From assembly GCA_042216675.1 (NCBI GenBank), contig JBDGTS010000008.1, positions 64,001 to 128,000 on the forward strand: 64,000 nt of DNA, in the 5' to 3' direction. Numbering within the stretch: the first letter of the stretch is position 1; each line of letters begins with the position of its first letter. Under the pieces are notes generated by a model that was not told the origin of the DNA, made no database searches, and worked only from the letters and a program-made list of their open reading frames with translations. Shown one piece after another: positions 41,017-51,518 of the stretch. Made by a program: the position numbers and the translations under genes. Source of the DNA: Halobacteriaceae archaeon (GTDB lineage Archaea > Halobacteriota > Halobacteria > Halobacteriales > Halobacteriaceae).

Positions 41017-41057
41017 AACCGTGAACACTCTTTAGGGCGGGGGGCTTTGGCCGGCAC

Positions 41058-41996
41058 ATGGGATTCGAAGACATGGACGTCGACACTATCTGGCTGGACG
41101 GTGAGTTCGTGGACTGGCAGGACGCCAACGTCCACGTCCTCACACACGGCCTCCACTACGGCACGGGCGTCTTCGAGGGCGTCCGGTGCTACGACACGGC
41201 CGACGGGCCGGCCATCTTCCGCTGGGAGGAGCATCTCGACCGCCTCTACCAGTCGGCCAAGCCCTACGACATGGAGATTCCCTTCGAGAAGGCGGAACTC
41301 ACCGAGGCGACGGTGGAACTGCTCCGCCGGCAGGACCTCGAGTCCTGCTACATCCGGCCCATCGCCTTCTACGGCTACGACCGACTCGGCCTGAACCCGA
41401 AGAAGCCCTCCGAGATTCCGGTGCAGGTCGCCGTCGCGGCGTGGCCGTGGGGCGCCTACCTCGGCGAGGAGGTCATCGAGGAGGGCGCGGACGTGACCGT
41501 CTCCTCGTGGCGCAAGTACGGCTCCGACCAGATTCCGACGAACGCCAAGACGACGGGCCCGTACGTCAACAGCGTCCTCGCCAGCCTCGAGGCCGACGAG
41601 AACGGCTACACCGAGGCCATCGTCCTCAACGGCGAGGGCAACGTCGCCGAAGGCCCCGGCGAGAACCTCTTTCTCGTCCGCGACGGCGAGATCTACACGA
41701 CGGGCCTCGCCGAGAGCATCCTCGACGGCATCACGCGCAAGTCCGTCATCGAGGTGGCGCGTGACCTCGGCTACACGGTCCACGACCAAGCCACCATCTC
41801 CCGCGGCGAACTGTACACCGCCGACGAACTGTTCTTCACGGGTACGGCGGCGGAGGTCACGCCAATCCGGTCCGTCGACGACAACGACATCGGCCCCGGC
41901 ACGCGCGGCCCCGTCACCGAGGAGATTCAGCAGACGTTCTTCGACGTGGTGGAGGGCCGCGAGGACGGCTACGACGACTGGTTCACCTACCTCTGA
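41058..41996 (+). CDS. ilvE: Branched-chain amino acid aminotransferase
   Basis: LHYGTGVFEGVR, AKTTG.Y, EGPGENLF, LDGITR, GTAAEVTP. Confidence 0.95.
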   Translation: MGFEDMDVDTIWLDGEFVDWQDANVHVLTHGLHYGTGVFEGVRCYDTADGPAIFRWEEHLDRLYQSAKPYDMEIPFEKAELTEATVELLRRQDLESCYIRPIAFYGYDRLGLNPKKPSEIPVQVAVAAWPWGAYLGEEVIEEGADVTVSSWRKYGSDQIPTNAKTTGPYVNSVLASLEADENGYTEAIVLNGEGNVAEGPGENLFLVRDGEIYTTGLAESILDGITRKSVIEVARDLGYTVHDQATISRGELYTADELFFTGTAAEVTPIRSVDDNDIGPGTRGPVTEEIQQTFFDVVEGREDGYDDWFTYL

Positions 41997-42595
41997 TCGA
42001 TATCCTCGACGTCGATTTCGGTACCGGCCGGGGCGCCCACGTCGCCCTGCTCCCCGAACCCGGCGCTGAGGATGCGCGTGAGGGCCTCCTCGACGCGTTC
42101 GTCCGTCTCCTCGAAGTCCTCCGGTTCGACTTCGATGACGAACCCGGTGGTGATGTTCGGTGCCGTCGGCATGAACAGGACTTCCCGGCCGTCTGCGGTC
42201 ACTTTGCCCGTCTTGAACGCGGTCATCCGCATCCCGTTCCACGGTTCGAGTTTCACCGGCGCCTGCAGTTCGTCCGTGCCGGCGACGGCCGTCTCGACGG
42301 CCATCTTCGAGGCGTTGTACACGACCCGGAGCCCCGGCAGGCGGTTCGCGGCGCTGTCGATGCCGCGTTCGACCAGCGACCCCAGCGCCGTCCGCATCAG
42401 ATAGCCGACGGCGAACACGAGGAGGACGAAGACGGCGATGGTCACCGCGACGCGAACGGCCGGGTCCGGAATGACCGCGGTGAACAGGGGCAGACTCGCG
42501 ATGCGCCGATAGAGCCAGTACACGACGTACAGGGTGACGGCGATGGGCGCCAGAATCGCCAGCCCACTCGCGGCGTCCCGCTTCCACGTTGACAT
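41987..42595 (-). CDS. DUF502 family membrane protein
   Basis: GLAILAPIAVT, LP..R.VYNA, FMPTAPNITTG. Confidence 0.85.
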   Translation of the reverse strand: MSTWKRDAASGLAILAPIAVTLYVVYWLYRRIASLPLFTAVIPDPAVRVAVTIAVFVLLVFAVGYLMRTALGSLVERGIDSAANRLPGLRVVYNASKMAVETAVAGTDELQAPVKLEPWNGMRMTAFKTGKVTADGREVLFMPTAPNITTGFVIEVEPEDFEETDERVEEALTRILSAGFGEQGDVGAPAGTEIDVEDIDQR

Positions 42596-42626
42596 TATCG
42601 TGTTCCTCGGCCGGGGGCCTCTTGAG

Positions 42627-43463
42627 TCAACCGCTCAGTATCGCCCGGAGCGCGAAGGCCAGATTCTCGCGTCGCTCCGCCACCCGCCGCCAGAAGTAGG
42701 CGAGCCACTTCCCGCCGTAGGGGACGTACTGCCACACGTCCACCGTCTCCGCGAGGTCGTACTGCGCGCTCTCGCGGACGCCCATCAGCATCTGCACCTC
42801 GTAGTCGGTGCCGTACTCGGCGTGCAGTTCGGCCGCGCGGTCCAGCATCGTCGGGTCGTGGCTCCCGACGGCGACCCCGCCGTCGAACGTGCGGAACATC
42901 GTCTCCAGACAGTCCTCGTAGGCCGCGTTCACGGCGGCCGAGTCCGTGTGCGCGATAGCGGCGGGTTCGTCGTAGGCGCCCTTCACGAGGCGGACCTTGC
43001 CGGGCACGTCCGCGAGGCGATGGAGGTCCTCGGGCGTCCGTTCGAGGTTCGCCTGCACGCAGACGCCGACGCCGCCCCCGTGTTCGCGGGCCAGCGCTTC
43101 GTAGGCCGCCAGCGTCGCGTCCGTCGTCGTGTGGTCTTCCATGTCGAACCAGACGAACACGTCCTTCGCGACGGCGTGGCTCACGACTTCGGCGGCGTTC
43201 TCCCGAAAGACGGCCTCGCTCACGTCGAGGCCGAGTTGCGAAGGTTTCGCCGAGATGCACGCTCGCACGCCCGCGCTCTCGATGTCGTCGACCAAGTCGC
43301 GGTACGCGGCGGTGTCCGCGTCGGCGTCGGCGCGGTCCTCGTAGTGTTCGCCGAGGCGGTTCAGGATGGCCCCCACGCCCCGGTCGTTTAGGCGCTGGGC
43401 GCGCTCGATGGCCTCCGCGGCGGTTTCGCCGGCCACGAATCGGGACGCGACGGGCGGTAGCAC
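42627..43463 (-). CDS. Proline dehydrogenase
   Basis: ASRFVAGET, LGEHY, KPSQLGL, DMED, RLVKGAY, SHD, QMLMGVR, YVPYG; GTG start 43463. Confidence 0.93.
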   Translation of the reverse strand: MLPPVASRFVAGETAAEAIERAQRLNDRGVGAILNRLGEHYEDRADADADTAAYRDLVDDIESAGVRACISAKPSQLGLDVSEAVFRENAAEVVSHAVAKDVFVWFDMEDHTTTDATLAAYEALAREHGGGVGVCVQANLERTPEDLHRLADVPGKVRLVKGAYDEPAAIAHTDSAAVNAAYEDCLETMFRTFDGGVAVGSHDPTMLDRAAELHAEYGTDYEVQMLMGVRESAQYDLAETVDVWQYVPYGGKWLAYFWRRVAERRENLAFALRAILSG

Positions 43464-43544
43464 GTCCCACCGTAGGCCCCCCGGCGCCTTATACCTCTCC
43501 GCCGAACCGGAAGACACAGGCTGGCCCCGGACACAGGGGGTGGC

Positions 43545-44090
43545 ATGGACCCACGCGCCGTCGTCGTGACCGCGCTCTGGGCGATGCTCCCCGCGTACGT
43601 CCCGAACAACGCCGCCGTCCTCTTCGGCGGCGGCCCGCCCATCGACGGCGGTCGGACGTGGCGCGGCAAGCGACTGCTCGGCGACGGCAAGACGTGGCGC
43701 GGCACCGTCGCCGGCGTCGCGGTCGGCGCGGCGCTGGCACTCGCGCTCTCGGCCGTCGCGCCCGACGTGGGGGCGGCCGTCGGCGTCGACGTGCCCCGAT
43801 TCCCGCTCCCCGTCGCCCTCTCGCTGGCCGGCGGCGCACTCCTCGGCGACGTCCTCGGCTCCTTCCTGAAGCGCCGCATCGGCCGCGAACGCGGCGCGGC
43901 GGTGCCGCTGGTGGACCAACTCGACCTCGTTGTCGGGTCGCTCCTGCTGACGGCCCTCGTCGCCCCCGCGTGGTTCGGGCGCGTGTTCACGCCGGCCGTC
44001 ATCGTCGTCGTCGTCGTGGTGACGCCGGTGTTGCACCTCGCCACGAACGCTATCGCGTACGCGCTGGGGTTGAAAGACGAACCGTGGTGA
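43545..44090 (+). CDS. carS: CDP-archaeol synthase
   Basis: PAYVPNN, PIDGG, LLGDGKTWRG, GD..GSFLKRR, DQLD, GLKDEPW. Confidence 0.92.
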   Translation: MDPRAVVVTALWAMLPAYVPNNAAVLFGGGPPIDGGRTWRGKRLLGDGKTWRGTVAGVAVGAALALALSAVAPDVGAAVGVDVPRFPLPVALSLAGGALLGDVLGSFLKRRIGRERGAAVPLVDQLDLVVGSLLLTALVAPAWFGRVFTPAVIVVVVVVTPVLHLATNAIAYALGLKDEPW

Positions 44091-44091
44091 G

Positions 44092-44144
44092 CGAGGTCGA
44101 AGCGAAGCGAGACCTCGAAAACGCGAGCGGCGAAGCCGCGAGCG
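44092..44144 (+). repeat. 53-bp intergenic twin-hairpin element
   Basis: CGAGGTC-GAA-GCGAAGC-GA-GACCTCG, AAAA linker, CGC-GA-GCGGC-GAA-GCCGC-GA-GCG. Confidence 0.7.
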
Positions 44145-44195
44145 GAGCGCGGCCGCTGACGAACCCTTTAACCCCCTCCCGGCCCGCCTCCCGGT

Positions 44196-44717
44196 ATGGC
44201 CGACGACGCTCTCATCGCGGCGCTCCGCGACGCTGACGCGGTGAAGTACGGCGAGTTCGAACTGTCCCACGGCGGCACGAGCGACTACTACGTCGACAAG
44301 TACCTCTTCGAGACGGACCCGCGCTGTCTCTCCCTCATCGCCGACGCCTTCGCCGAGCGACTGGGCGACGACACGCCCGCCGGCGTCGCCCTCGGCGCGG
44401 TGCCCCTCGTCGCGGCGACGAGCGTTGCCGCCGACCGCCCGTACGTCATCGTGCGCAAGGAGACGAAGGAGTACGGCACCGGGAACCGCATCGAGGGCAC
44501 CTTGGCGGAGGGTCAGCGGGTCGTCGTCCTCGAAGACGTGGCGACGACGGGCAAGAGCGCGTTCTCCGCCGTCGAGGCGCTTCGGGAGGCCGGCGCCGTC
44601 GTCGAACGCGTCGTCGTCGTCGTGGACCGCGAGGAGGGCGCGAGCGAACTGCTGGCCGACCACGGCGTCGAACTAGAGTCGCTGGTGTCCGCGGGCGACT
44701 TGCTCGACGCCGAGTGA
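44196..44717 (+). CDS. pyrE: Orotate phosphoribosyltransferase
   Basis: [35 protein letters not shown]. Confidence 0.94.
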   Translation: MADDALIAALRDADAVKYGEFELSHGGTSDYYVDKYLFETDPRCLSLIADAFAERLGDDTPAGVALGAVPLVAATSVAADRPYVIVRKETKEYGTGNRIEGTLAEGQRVVVLEDVATTGKSAFSAVEALREAGAVVERVVVVVDREEGASELLADHGVELESLVSAGDLLDAE

Positions 44718-44807
44718 GTCAGTCCTCGTCACCCGAGTCCCCGCAGACCACGTTCAAACGCCGTGAGTGGGGTATATAGCCGTCAGTGCCGTCCGCCGAG
44801 GTAACAA

Positions 44808-44945
44808 CACCTTTTTGTTTGCGCCCGGCGACCGGTCGGATATGCCAGTAGGTGACTGCTTTACACGCGGGCCTCGCCCCCGCTAACCCCATTCCACGCA
44901 CCTACTGCCCACGTTCTCGCGGTCGGTACCCGAGGTGATCATCCC
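44808..44945 (+). promoter_or_regulatory. thrS promoter and structured leader with uORF
   Basis: CTTTTTGTTT at 44811; uORF 44842-44886; inverted repeat 44846-44854/44899-44907; hairpin 44915-44935 overlapping SD GAGGTGA 44932-44938. Confidence 0.55.
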
Positions 44946-46877
44946 ATGTCCCAGCAATCCCACGTCTCGGTAACGCTTCCCGACGGCTCCGAACTCGACT
45001 TCGACCACCCCCCGACGGTGGAAGAAGTCGCCTACGAAATCGGGCCCGGACTCGGCGACGACACCCTCGCGGGGAAAGTCGACGGGGAACTCGTCCCGCC
45101 CGAGTACACCGTCGAGAGCGACGCCACCGTCGAAATCGTCACCGACCAGTCCGACGAGTACCTCGACTTGCTCCGCCACACGGCGGCCCACGTCTTCGCA
45201 CAGGCGCTTCAGCGCCTCTACCCCGATGCGAAACTCGCCATCGGCCCCTACACCGACGACGGCTTCTACTACGACGTGGCGAACGTCGACGTCGACGAGG
45301 ACGACCTCGACGACATCGAGGCGGAGATGGAGGCCATCGTCGAGGCCGACTACGACGTCGAACGGGTGGAACGCGACCGCGAGGCCGCCTTCGAGACGTA
45401 CGCGGACAACCGCTTCAAGCGCGAGATTTTAGAGGAGGAAGCCTCCGGCGAGGACCCGGTCACCTTCTACCGGCAGGACGACTGGGAGGACCTCTGCAAG
45501 GGGCCCCACGTCGAGTCCACGGGCGAAATCGGCGCGTTCAAACTGCTCAGCATCGCCTCGGCGTACTGGCGCGGCGAGGAGGAGAACGAGCAACTCACGC
45601 GCATCTACGGCACCGCCTTCGAGTCCGAGTCCGACCTCGAAGCCTTCGAGGAACGCCGCGAGGAGGCCGAGAAGCGCGACCACCGCAAAATCGGCCGCGA
45701 GATGGACCTGTTCTCCATCGACCCCACCGCCGGCCCCGGACTGCCGCTGTATCACCCCAACGGCAAGACCATCCTGAACGAACTCGAGGACTACGTCGAC
45801 GCCCTCAACGACGACAGCGGCTACGACCACGTCGAGACGCCCCACCTGTTCAAGACGGACCTCTGGAAGAAGTCCGGGCACTACGACAACTACCGGGACG
45901 ACATGTTCCTGTTCGAACTCGACGACGACGAGTTCGGCCTGAAGCCGATGAACTGTCCCGGCCACGCCACCATCTTCGACGACTCCTCGTGGTCGTATCG
46001 CGACCTGCCGGTGCGCTACTCCGAACACGGGAAGGTGTACCGCAAGGAGCAACGCGGCGAACTCTCCGGACTCTCGCGGACGTGGGCGTTCACCATCGAC
46101 GACGGCCACCTGTTCGTCCGCCCCGACCAGATAGAGAGCGAGGTGGAGACGACCATCGACATGATCTTCGAGGTCATCGAGACGTTCGGCCTCGAAGTGT
46201 CGGTGGACCTCGCCACGCGCCCCGAGAAGTCCGTCGGGAGCGACGAAATCTGGGAGCAGGCCGAGGAACAGCTCCGCTCGGTGCTGGACCGCGGCGGCTA
46301 CGACTACGGCGTCGAACCCGGCGACGGCGCCTTCTACGGCCCGAAAATCGACTTCTCCTTCGAGGACGCGCTGGGCCGGTCGTGGGACGGCCCGACGGTC
46401 CAACTCGACTTCAACATGCCCGAGCGCTTCGACCTCACGTACACGGGCGAGGACAACGAGCCCCACCGCCCGGTGATGATTCACCGCGCCCTCTACGGCA
46501 GTTACGAGCGCTTCTTCATGATGCTCATCGAGCACTTCGCGGGGCGCTTCCCGCTGTGGCTCGCCCCCGAGCAGGTCCGCATCCTCCCCATCACGGACGA
46601 GGTGCTGGGCTATGCCTACCAGACGGCGAACGAGATCGACGACTTCCGCGTCACCGTCGACGACTCCTCGGAGACGCTGGGGCGCCGCATCCGAGACGCC
46701 CACGACGACCGGGTGCCGTACATGATCATCGTCGGCGAGGACGAACGCGACGAGGAGACGCTCTCGGTCCGCGACCGACAGGAGCGACAGGCCGGCGACG
46801 TGGACCCCGAGGCGTTCTTCGCGCACCTCCGGAGCGAACGCGACGAGAAGCGCATCGAACCGGACTTCCTCGACTGA
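44946..46877 (+). CDS. thrS: Threonine--tRNA ligase (bacterial type: TGS plus editing domain)
   Basis: [46 protein letters not shown]. Confidence 0.97.
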   Translation: MSQQSHVSVTLPDGSELDFDHPPTVEEVAYEIGPGLGDDTLAGKVDGELVPPEYTVESDATVEIVTDQSDEYLDLLRHTAAHVFAQALQRLYPDAKLAIGPYTDDGFYYDVANVDVDEDDLDDIEAEMEAIVEADYDVERVERDREAAFETYADNRFKREILEEEASGEDPVTFYRQDDWEDLCKGPHVESTGEIGAFKLLSIASAYWRGEEENEQLTRIYGTAFESESDLEAFEERREEAEKRDHRKIGREMDLFSIDPTAGPGLPLYHPNGKTILNELEDYVDALNDDSGYDHVETPHLFKTDLWKKSGHYDNYRDDMFLFELDDDEFGLKPMNCPGHATIFDDSSWSYRDLPVRYSEHGKVYRKEQRGELSGLSRTWAFTIDDGHLFVRPDQIESEVETTIDMIFEVIETFGLEVSVDLATRPEKSVGSDEIWEQAEEQLRSVLDRGGYDYGVEPGDGAFYGPKIDFSFEDALGRSWDGPTVQLDFNMPERFDLTYTGEDNEPHRPVMIHRALYGSYERFFMMLIEHFAGRFPLWLAPEQVRILPITDEVLGYAYQTANEIDDFRVTVDDSSETLGRRIRDAHDDRVPYMIIVGEDERDEETLSVRDRQERQAGDVDPEAFFAHLRSERDEKRIEPDFLD

Positions 46878-46936
46878 GGCCCGCCGGAAATATATAAACG
46901 GTTTTGTGGGCCGCTCACGACTCCCGAGACAAGCCT

Positions 46937-48358
46937 ATGGCAGTAAGTGACACACTCGCGGAATATTTCGAGTTCGAGGAACACGGCACGGACCTCAGAA
47001 CCGAACTGCTCGCGGGGCTGACGACGTTTCTGGCGATGTCGTACATCGTCGTGGTCAATCCCGGTATTCTGGCGAAGACGGACGTGAACTTCGCGCAGGA
47101 CGGGATGCAACCCGCCATCTCGCCGACGGGGTACTCGCCGGGCGAGGTGTTCCAGATGGTGGCCATCGTCACCATCATCTCGGCGATGGTGGCGACGGCG
47201 GTGATGGCGGTGTACGCGAACCGGCCGTTCGGACAGGCGCCGGGACTGGGCCTCAACGCCTTCTTCGCGTTCACCGTCGTCGGCGCGATGGGCATCTCGT
47301 GGCAGACGGCGCTCGCCGCCGTCGTCGTGGAGGGCCTCCTCTTCATCGTCCTCACACTCGTCGGTGCCCGAAGCTACGTCATCGAACTGTTCCCCGAACC
47401 GGTGAAAGTCGCCGTCGGAACGGGTATCGGCCTGTTCCTCGCGCTCATCGGATTCACCGAGATGAACGTCGTGGTCCCCGGTTCGGGAACCGTCGTGACG
47501 CTCGGGAGCGTCGCGCAGGACCCCGTGGCACTGCTGTCCCTCGCGGGGCTGTTCTTCACGCTCATGCTGTACGCGCGCCGAATTCCCGGCTCTATCGTCA
47601 TCGGCATCATCGCCACGACGCTGGCGGCGTACGGCCTCGAAGCGGCGAACGTCGTCGCACGGGGGACGCTGACGCCCGGTGACATCCCCTCGGCCACCTA
47701 CGACATCTCGCCGCTGGCCGGCGCCTTCGTCGGCGGTCTGCAGGAGGTCGAGGCGGCGGCGTTCGCGCTGGTCATCTTCACGTTCTTCTTCGTGGACTTC
47801 TTCGACACCGCCGGCACCCTCACGGGCGTCGGGCAGGCGGCGAACCTCCTCGACGAGGAGGGGAACCTCCCCGAGATGGAGAAACCCCTGCTGGCTGACG
47901 GCATCGGGACCACCGTCGGGGGTGCGTTGGGTACCTCTACGGTGACGACGTACATCGAGTCCGCGACGGGCGTCGAGGAGGGCGGCCGGACCGGGATGAC
48001 GGCCTTGACCGTCGCGGGCCTCTTCTTGCTCTCGCTCGCGTTCGTGCCGTTGGCGGCCGCTGTCCCCCTGTACGCCTCCCACATCGCACTCGTCGTCGTC
48101 GGGGTCATCATGCTCCGCAACGTCGGCGACATCCTCTGGGACGACCTCACGTACGCCATCCCCGCCGGGATGACGATTCTCGTGATGCCGTTCACGTACA
48201 ACATCGGCTACGGCATCGCGGCGGGCATCATCTCCTACCCGCTGGTGAAGGCCGGCGCGGGCGAACTCGAGGACACCCACCCCGCACACTGGCTCCTCGC
48301 CGCCGCGTTCGTCGTCTACTTCTACGTCCGCACCAGCGGCCTCCTCACCGCCATCTGA
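46937..48358 (+). CDS. NCS2/AzgA purine permease
   Basis: LAGLTTFLAMSYI.VNP, APGLGLNAFF, DFFDTAGT, YIESATGVEEGGRTG. Confidence 0.93.
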   Translation: MAVSDTLAEYFEFEEHGTDLRTELLAGLTTFLAMSYIVVVNPGILAKTDVNFAQDGMQPAISPTGYSPGEVFQMVAIVTIISAMVATAVMAVYANRPFGQAPGLGLNAFFAFTVVGAMGISWQTALAAVVVEGLLFIVLTLVGARSYVIELFPEPVKVAVGTGIGLFLALIGFTEMNVVVPGSGTVVTLGSVAQDPVALLSLAGLFFTLMLYARRIPGSIVIGIIATTLAAYGLEAANVVARGTLTPGDIPSATYDISPLAGAFVGGLQEVEAAAFALVIFTFFFVDFFDTAGTLTGVGQAANLLDEEGNLPEMEKPLLADGIGTTVGGALGTSTVTTYIESATGVEEGGRTGMTALTVAGLFLLSLAFVPLAAAVPLYASHIALVVVGVIMLRNVGDILWDDLTYAIPAGMTILVMPFTYNIGYGIAAGIISYPLVKAGAGELEDTHPAHWLLAAAFVVYFYVRTSGLLTAI

Positions 48359-48412
48359 GCGAGCGCCGCCGCGACCGGCGCTTTCTTGCGGCCCAAACCC
48401 CTACCGGTGGCT

Positions 48413-48661
48413 ATGTCGAACCTCGAACTGTACGAACTGCCGGGCTGTCCCTACTGCGCGAAGGTCATCGACAAACTGAACGAACTGGGCCTCGACTACG
48501 AGTCCCACGAGGTGCCCCGCTCACACGCCGAACGCACGGAAGTCGAGGAAGTGAGCGGCCAGACCGGCGTCCCGGTTCTCGTTGACCCCGACAACGGCGT
48601 CGATGGGATGCCCGAGAGCGACGACATCGTCGCCTATCTCGAAAAGACGTACGGGCAGTAA
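48413..48661 (+). CDS. Glutaredoxin-like protein
   Basis: CPYC, GQTGVPVLVD, ESDDIV.YL. Confidence 0.9.
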   Translation: MSNLELYELPGCPYCAKVIDKLNELGLDYESHEVPRSHAERTEVEEVSGQTGVPVLVDPDNGVDGMPESDDIVAYLEKTYGQ

Positions 48662-48693
48662 GCAGTAGCGGCGCGGTGCCGTGCGGAAAGCGG

Positions 48694-48738
48694 TTTTTTT
48701 GGTCCAGCTTTTTGTGGCGCTTCGCCACAAAAAGCTGG
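48694..48738. repeat. Perfect 16-bp inverted repeat after a T7 run between convergent genes
   Basis: CCAGCTTTTTGTGGCG-CTT-CGCCACAAAAAGCTGG (48704-48738). Confidence 0.8.
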
Positions 48739-48744
48739 GTGCCG

Positions 48745-49698
48745 TTATGCCTCAGCGCGCTCCCGCAACAGGTCCCGAAGTTCGTCCCGGTCCTGAATGT
48801 CTTCGGCCTCCTCGCGTTCGATGAGCGCCGTGCCGTCGATGGACTCGCGGCGCGTCTTCTCCACGAAGTACACCGAGCGGGTGCCCGTGACCTGACCGAG
48901 CGAACTCATCAGGCGGGCGCGCTTCACGGCGCTCTCGGTGAGCTCCGAGTGGCCCGTGAGGAGGTTCTCCGCGCCGTCCTCGTCCTCGCCGACGGCCTTG
49001 AACGGCGCGCGGACCGTCGGGTGGACCTCGAAGCCGGCGCGGCGCAACACGGCGACGATGGGCCGGTCGGCCGGTTCGGCGTCGGGGTCGTCCGGCGTCG
49101 GTTCGGTGTCTCTGACCTCCTCGGCGCCGTCGAGGACGTCGACGGGGCCGGTGAGGGGCGCCTCGAACAGTTCTTCGAGTTCGATTGCCACCTCGACGCT
49201 GGCGTTCATGCCGTCCTCGTACTTCGAGACGGTGCGGCGGGAAACACCGAGTTCGGAGGCCAGGCGGCCGAGGCTCCAGCCGCGCTCCTCGCGTTCGTCG
49301 GCCAGCAGTTCGCCGTCGATGTTGATGTAGAGGCCACCCGGCGCGGCGTAAATCATCGGCGGCACCCCCTCGACGAACAGGTCCATCGCCGTGTCGGGGC
49401 TCAGGACTGGCACGCCGTGTCGGAAGTACACCACCTCTCGTTCGAGTTCCTCGTCGCGCGTCCGCAAGCCGATAAGCAGGGGCGTCGCGTCGAGATACGC
49501 GCCGAGGCGCCGCATCTCGGCGCCGCTCTCGGCGTCGAAGGCGTCGATGTTTCCGAGAATCTTCGCGAGAATCAACTCCTCACCGCGGCGGGCGGCGACG
49601 TCGAAACTCTTGGGCCGGATGGCACACTGGTCGCTCACCGTGAACCCGGCGTCCGTGAGCATCGCAGTCACGTTTTCGACGAGTGCCGACCGCGACAT
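48745..49698 (-). CDS. Conserved archaeal HTH (Cro/C1) transcriptional regulator
   Basis: [43 protein letters not shown]; divergent from tiaS. Confidence 0.87.
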   Translation of the reverse strand: MSRSALVENVTAMLTDAGFTVSDQCAIRPKSFDVAARRGEELILAKILGNIDAFDAESGAEMRRLGAYLDATPLLIGLRTRDEELEREVVYFRHGVPVLSPDTAMDLFVEGVPPMIYAAPGGLYINIDGELLADEREERGWSLGRLASELGVSRRTVSKYEDGMNASVEVAIELEELFEAPLTGPVDVLDGAEEVRDTEPTPDDPDAEPADRPIVAVLRRAGFEVHPTVRAPFKAVGEDEDGAENLLTGHSELTESAVKRARLMSSLGQVTGTRSVYFVEKTRRESIDGTALIEREEAEDIQDRDELRDLLRERAEA

Positions 49699-49808
49699 GG
49701 TGGTAGGTACGCGCCTCGCGCTATTTAGGCGTTGTGGGGTGGAAGACGCCGCCTGCGGCTGATTTCCGGGGCGAAAGGCGTTACCGTGCCGGGGCACTAC
49801 GGGCGCGC

Positions 49809-51068
49809 GTGACAGTCGTCGCCTTCGACGACACGGACTCCCGCGAAGGGATGTGTACGACGTACGCCGCCGCGCGCGTCGCCGACGCCCTCGAAGAGCG
49901 GGGGCACCGGGTCTCGCGGTCGCTCCTCGTGCGCCTCAACCCCGCCGTGGAGCACAAGACCCGGGGTAACGCGGCGCTCGCGGTCCACACCGACGCGCCT
50001 GTCGACGAGGCGTTCGCCCGTGCTCGCGCCGAACTCGACGATGGCGCGGCGACGGGCGACGACACGAACCCCGGCCTCGTCGCGGCGCCCGGCGATCCCG
50101 ACGACGTGCCCGCCGCCGTCGCGGACTTCGCTCGCGGCGCCGTGCGGGACTACCACGACGTCGAGACGGCCGTCGCCCTCGCCGAGGACGCAGGCTACCG
50201 GTCCGCCGCGTGGGGGAACGGCCGGGGCCGCATCGGTGCTCTCGCCGCCGTCGGCGCGTGGGCGGCCTTCGACGAGTGGACGTACGAGCACATCGCCTAC
50301 CGCCACCCCGAGCGGCGCGGCACGCCGCGCGAAGTCGACGTGGACTCCGTGTTCGCGGCCGCCGACGACGCCTACCCGGTTGCGTGGGACACCGTGGACC
50401 GCGGGACGGGCGACCCCGTCTGCGTGCCGCACACGCCCGGCCCCCTCCTCTACGGCGTTCGGGGCGACGACCCCGCGACGGTCCGCGACGTGGCGGCCGC
50501 CATCGACGCCGAACCGGCCGAGCGGACGCGCCTGTTCCACGCGAATCAGGGGACGGACGCCCACCTCCGGGACGCCGCCCTCGCCGACGCCCGCGACGGC
50601 TACGCCTACCGGGTGACCGGCACCGTCGCCGACGCGCCGGAGACGCGCGAGGGTGGGCACGTCTTCGTGACGCTGGCCGAGGCCGAGGCCGAACTGCCGT
50701 GTGCGGCCTTCGAGCCGACGAAGCGCTTCCGAGAGCGGGTGCGAGCGCTCCGCCCGGGCGACCGAATCACGGCCTGTGGCGAAGTCGCGCGCGGGACGCT
50801 CAAACTGGAGAAGTTCGCGGTCCGCGACCTGAACCGGACTGAGCGCGTCGTGCCCACCTGCGACTGCGGGCGGCGGATGGAGAGCGCCGGCGCCGGGCAG
50901 GGCTACCGCTGTCGGGACTGCGGGACGACGGCGCCCGGCAAGGTCGAACAGCCAGTCGAGCGCGAACTCGACGTGGGCTGGTACGAGGTGCCGCCAGTCG
51001 CGCGCCGACACGTCGCGAAGCCACTCGTCCGCGGCGGCTTCGACGCGCCGACGCATCCCGAGCGCTAG
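49809..51068 (+). CDS. tiaS: tRNA(Ile2) agmatidine synthetase
   Basis: DDTDS..GMCTT, LVRLNP...KTRGN, P.LYGVRG, NQGTD.H, GGHVF, AAFEPT, C-terminal zinc ribbon. Confidence 0.93.
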   Translation: MTVVAFDDTDSREGMCTTYAAARVADALEERGHRVSRSLLVRLNPAVEHKTRGNAALAVHTDAPVDEAFARARAELDDGAATGDDTNPGLVAAPGDPDDVPAAVADFARGAVRDYHDVETAVALAEDAGYRSAAWGNGRGRIGALAAVGAWAAFDEWTYEHIAYRHPERRGTPREVDVDSVFAAADDAYPVAWDTVDRGTGDPVCVPHTPGPLLYGVRGDDPATVRDVAAAIDAEPAERTRLFHANQGTDAHLRDAALADARDGYAYRVTGTVADAPETREGGHVFVTLAEAEAELPCAAFEPTKRFRERVRALRPGDRITACGEVARGTLKLEKFAVRDLNRTERVVPTCDCGRRMESAGAGQGYRCRDCGTTAPGKVEQPVERELDVGWYEVPPVARRHVAKPLVRGGFDAPTHPER

Positions 51069-51481
51069 GCCTCGATGACCTCGATCAGGTTGTCCTCGGG
51101 GTCGCGCAGGAAGAGGATTTTCGTGCCGCTGGACGTGACCTGTGGCTCGCTCACCGTCTCGACGCCGGTGAGGTCCGCGTAGAACGCGTCGAGGTCCCCG
51201 ACGGAGAACCCGAGGTGCGCCGCGCCGGGTTGGTTGACGGCTTCCGGCGTCGCGTCGTCCCCCTCGGGCGTGTACTCGATGAGTTCGACGCGCACGCCGT
51301 CCGCGTCGAGGTGGGCGAACTGGCCCTCGGCGTCGTCGACGCCGACGCCGGTGGCGAACGCCTCGCCGGACACCTCGAAGCGACTCAGCACCTCGAAGTC
51401 GAACGTGTCGCGGTAGAAGGCCACGGCGCGGTCCAAGTCGCTGACGGTGATGCCGACGTGGTGTGCGGTGGGTTCGGGCAC
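51065..51481 (-). CDS. VOC/glyoxalase family protein
   Basis: HHVGITVSDLDRAVAFY, VELIEY, FLRDPEDNLIE. Confidence 0.9.
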   Translation of the reverse strand: MPEPTAHHVGITVSDLDRAVAFYRDTFDFEVLSRFEVSGEAFATGVGVDDAEGQFAHLDADGVRVELIEYTPEGDDATPEAVNQPGAAHLGFSVGDLDAFYADLTGVETVSEPQVTSSGTKILFLRDPEDNLIEVIEA

Positions 51482-51518
51482 ACCGGAGCGGCGCGCGCGA
51501 GGCGAAAGAGCGTGTCGG

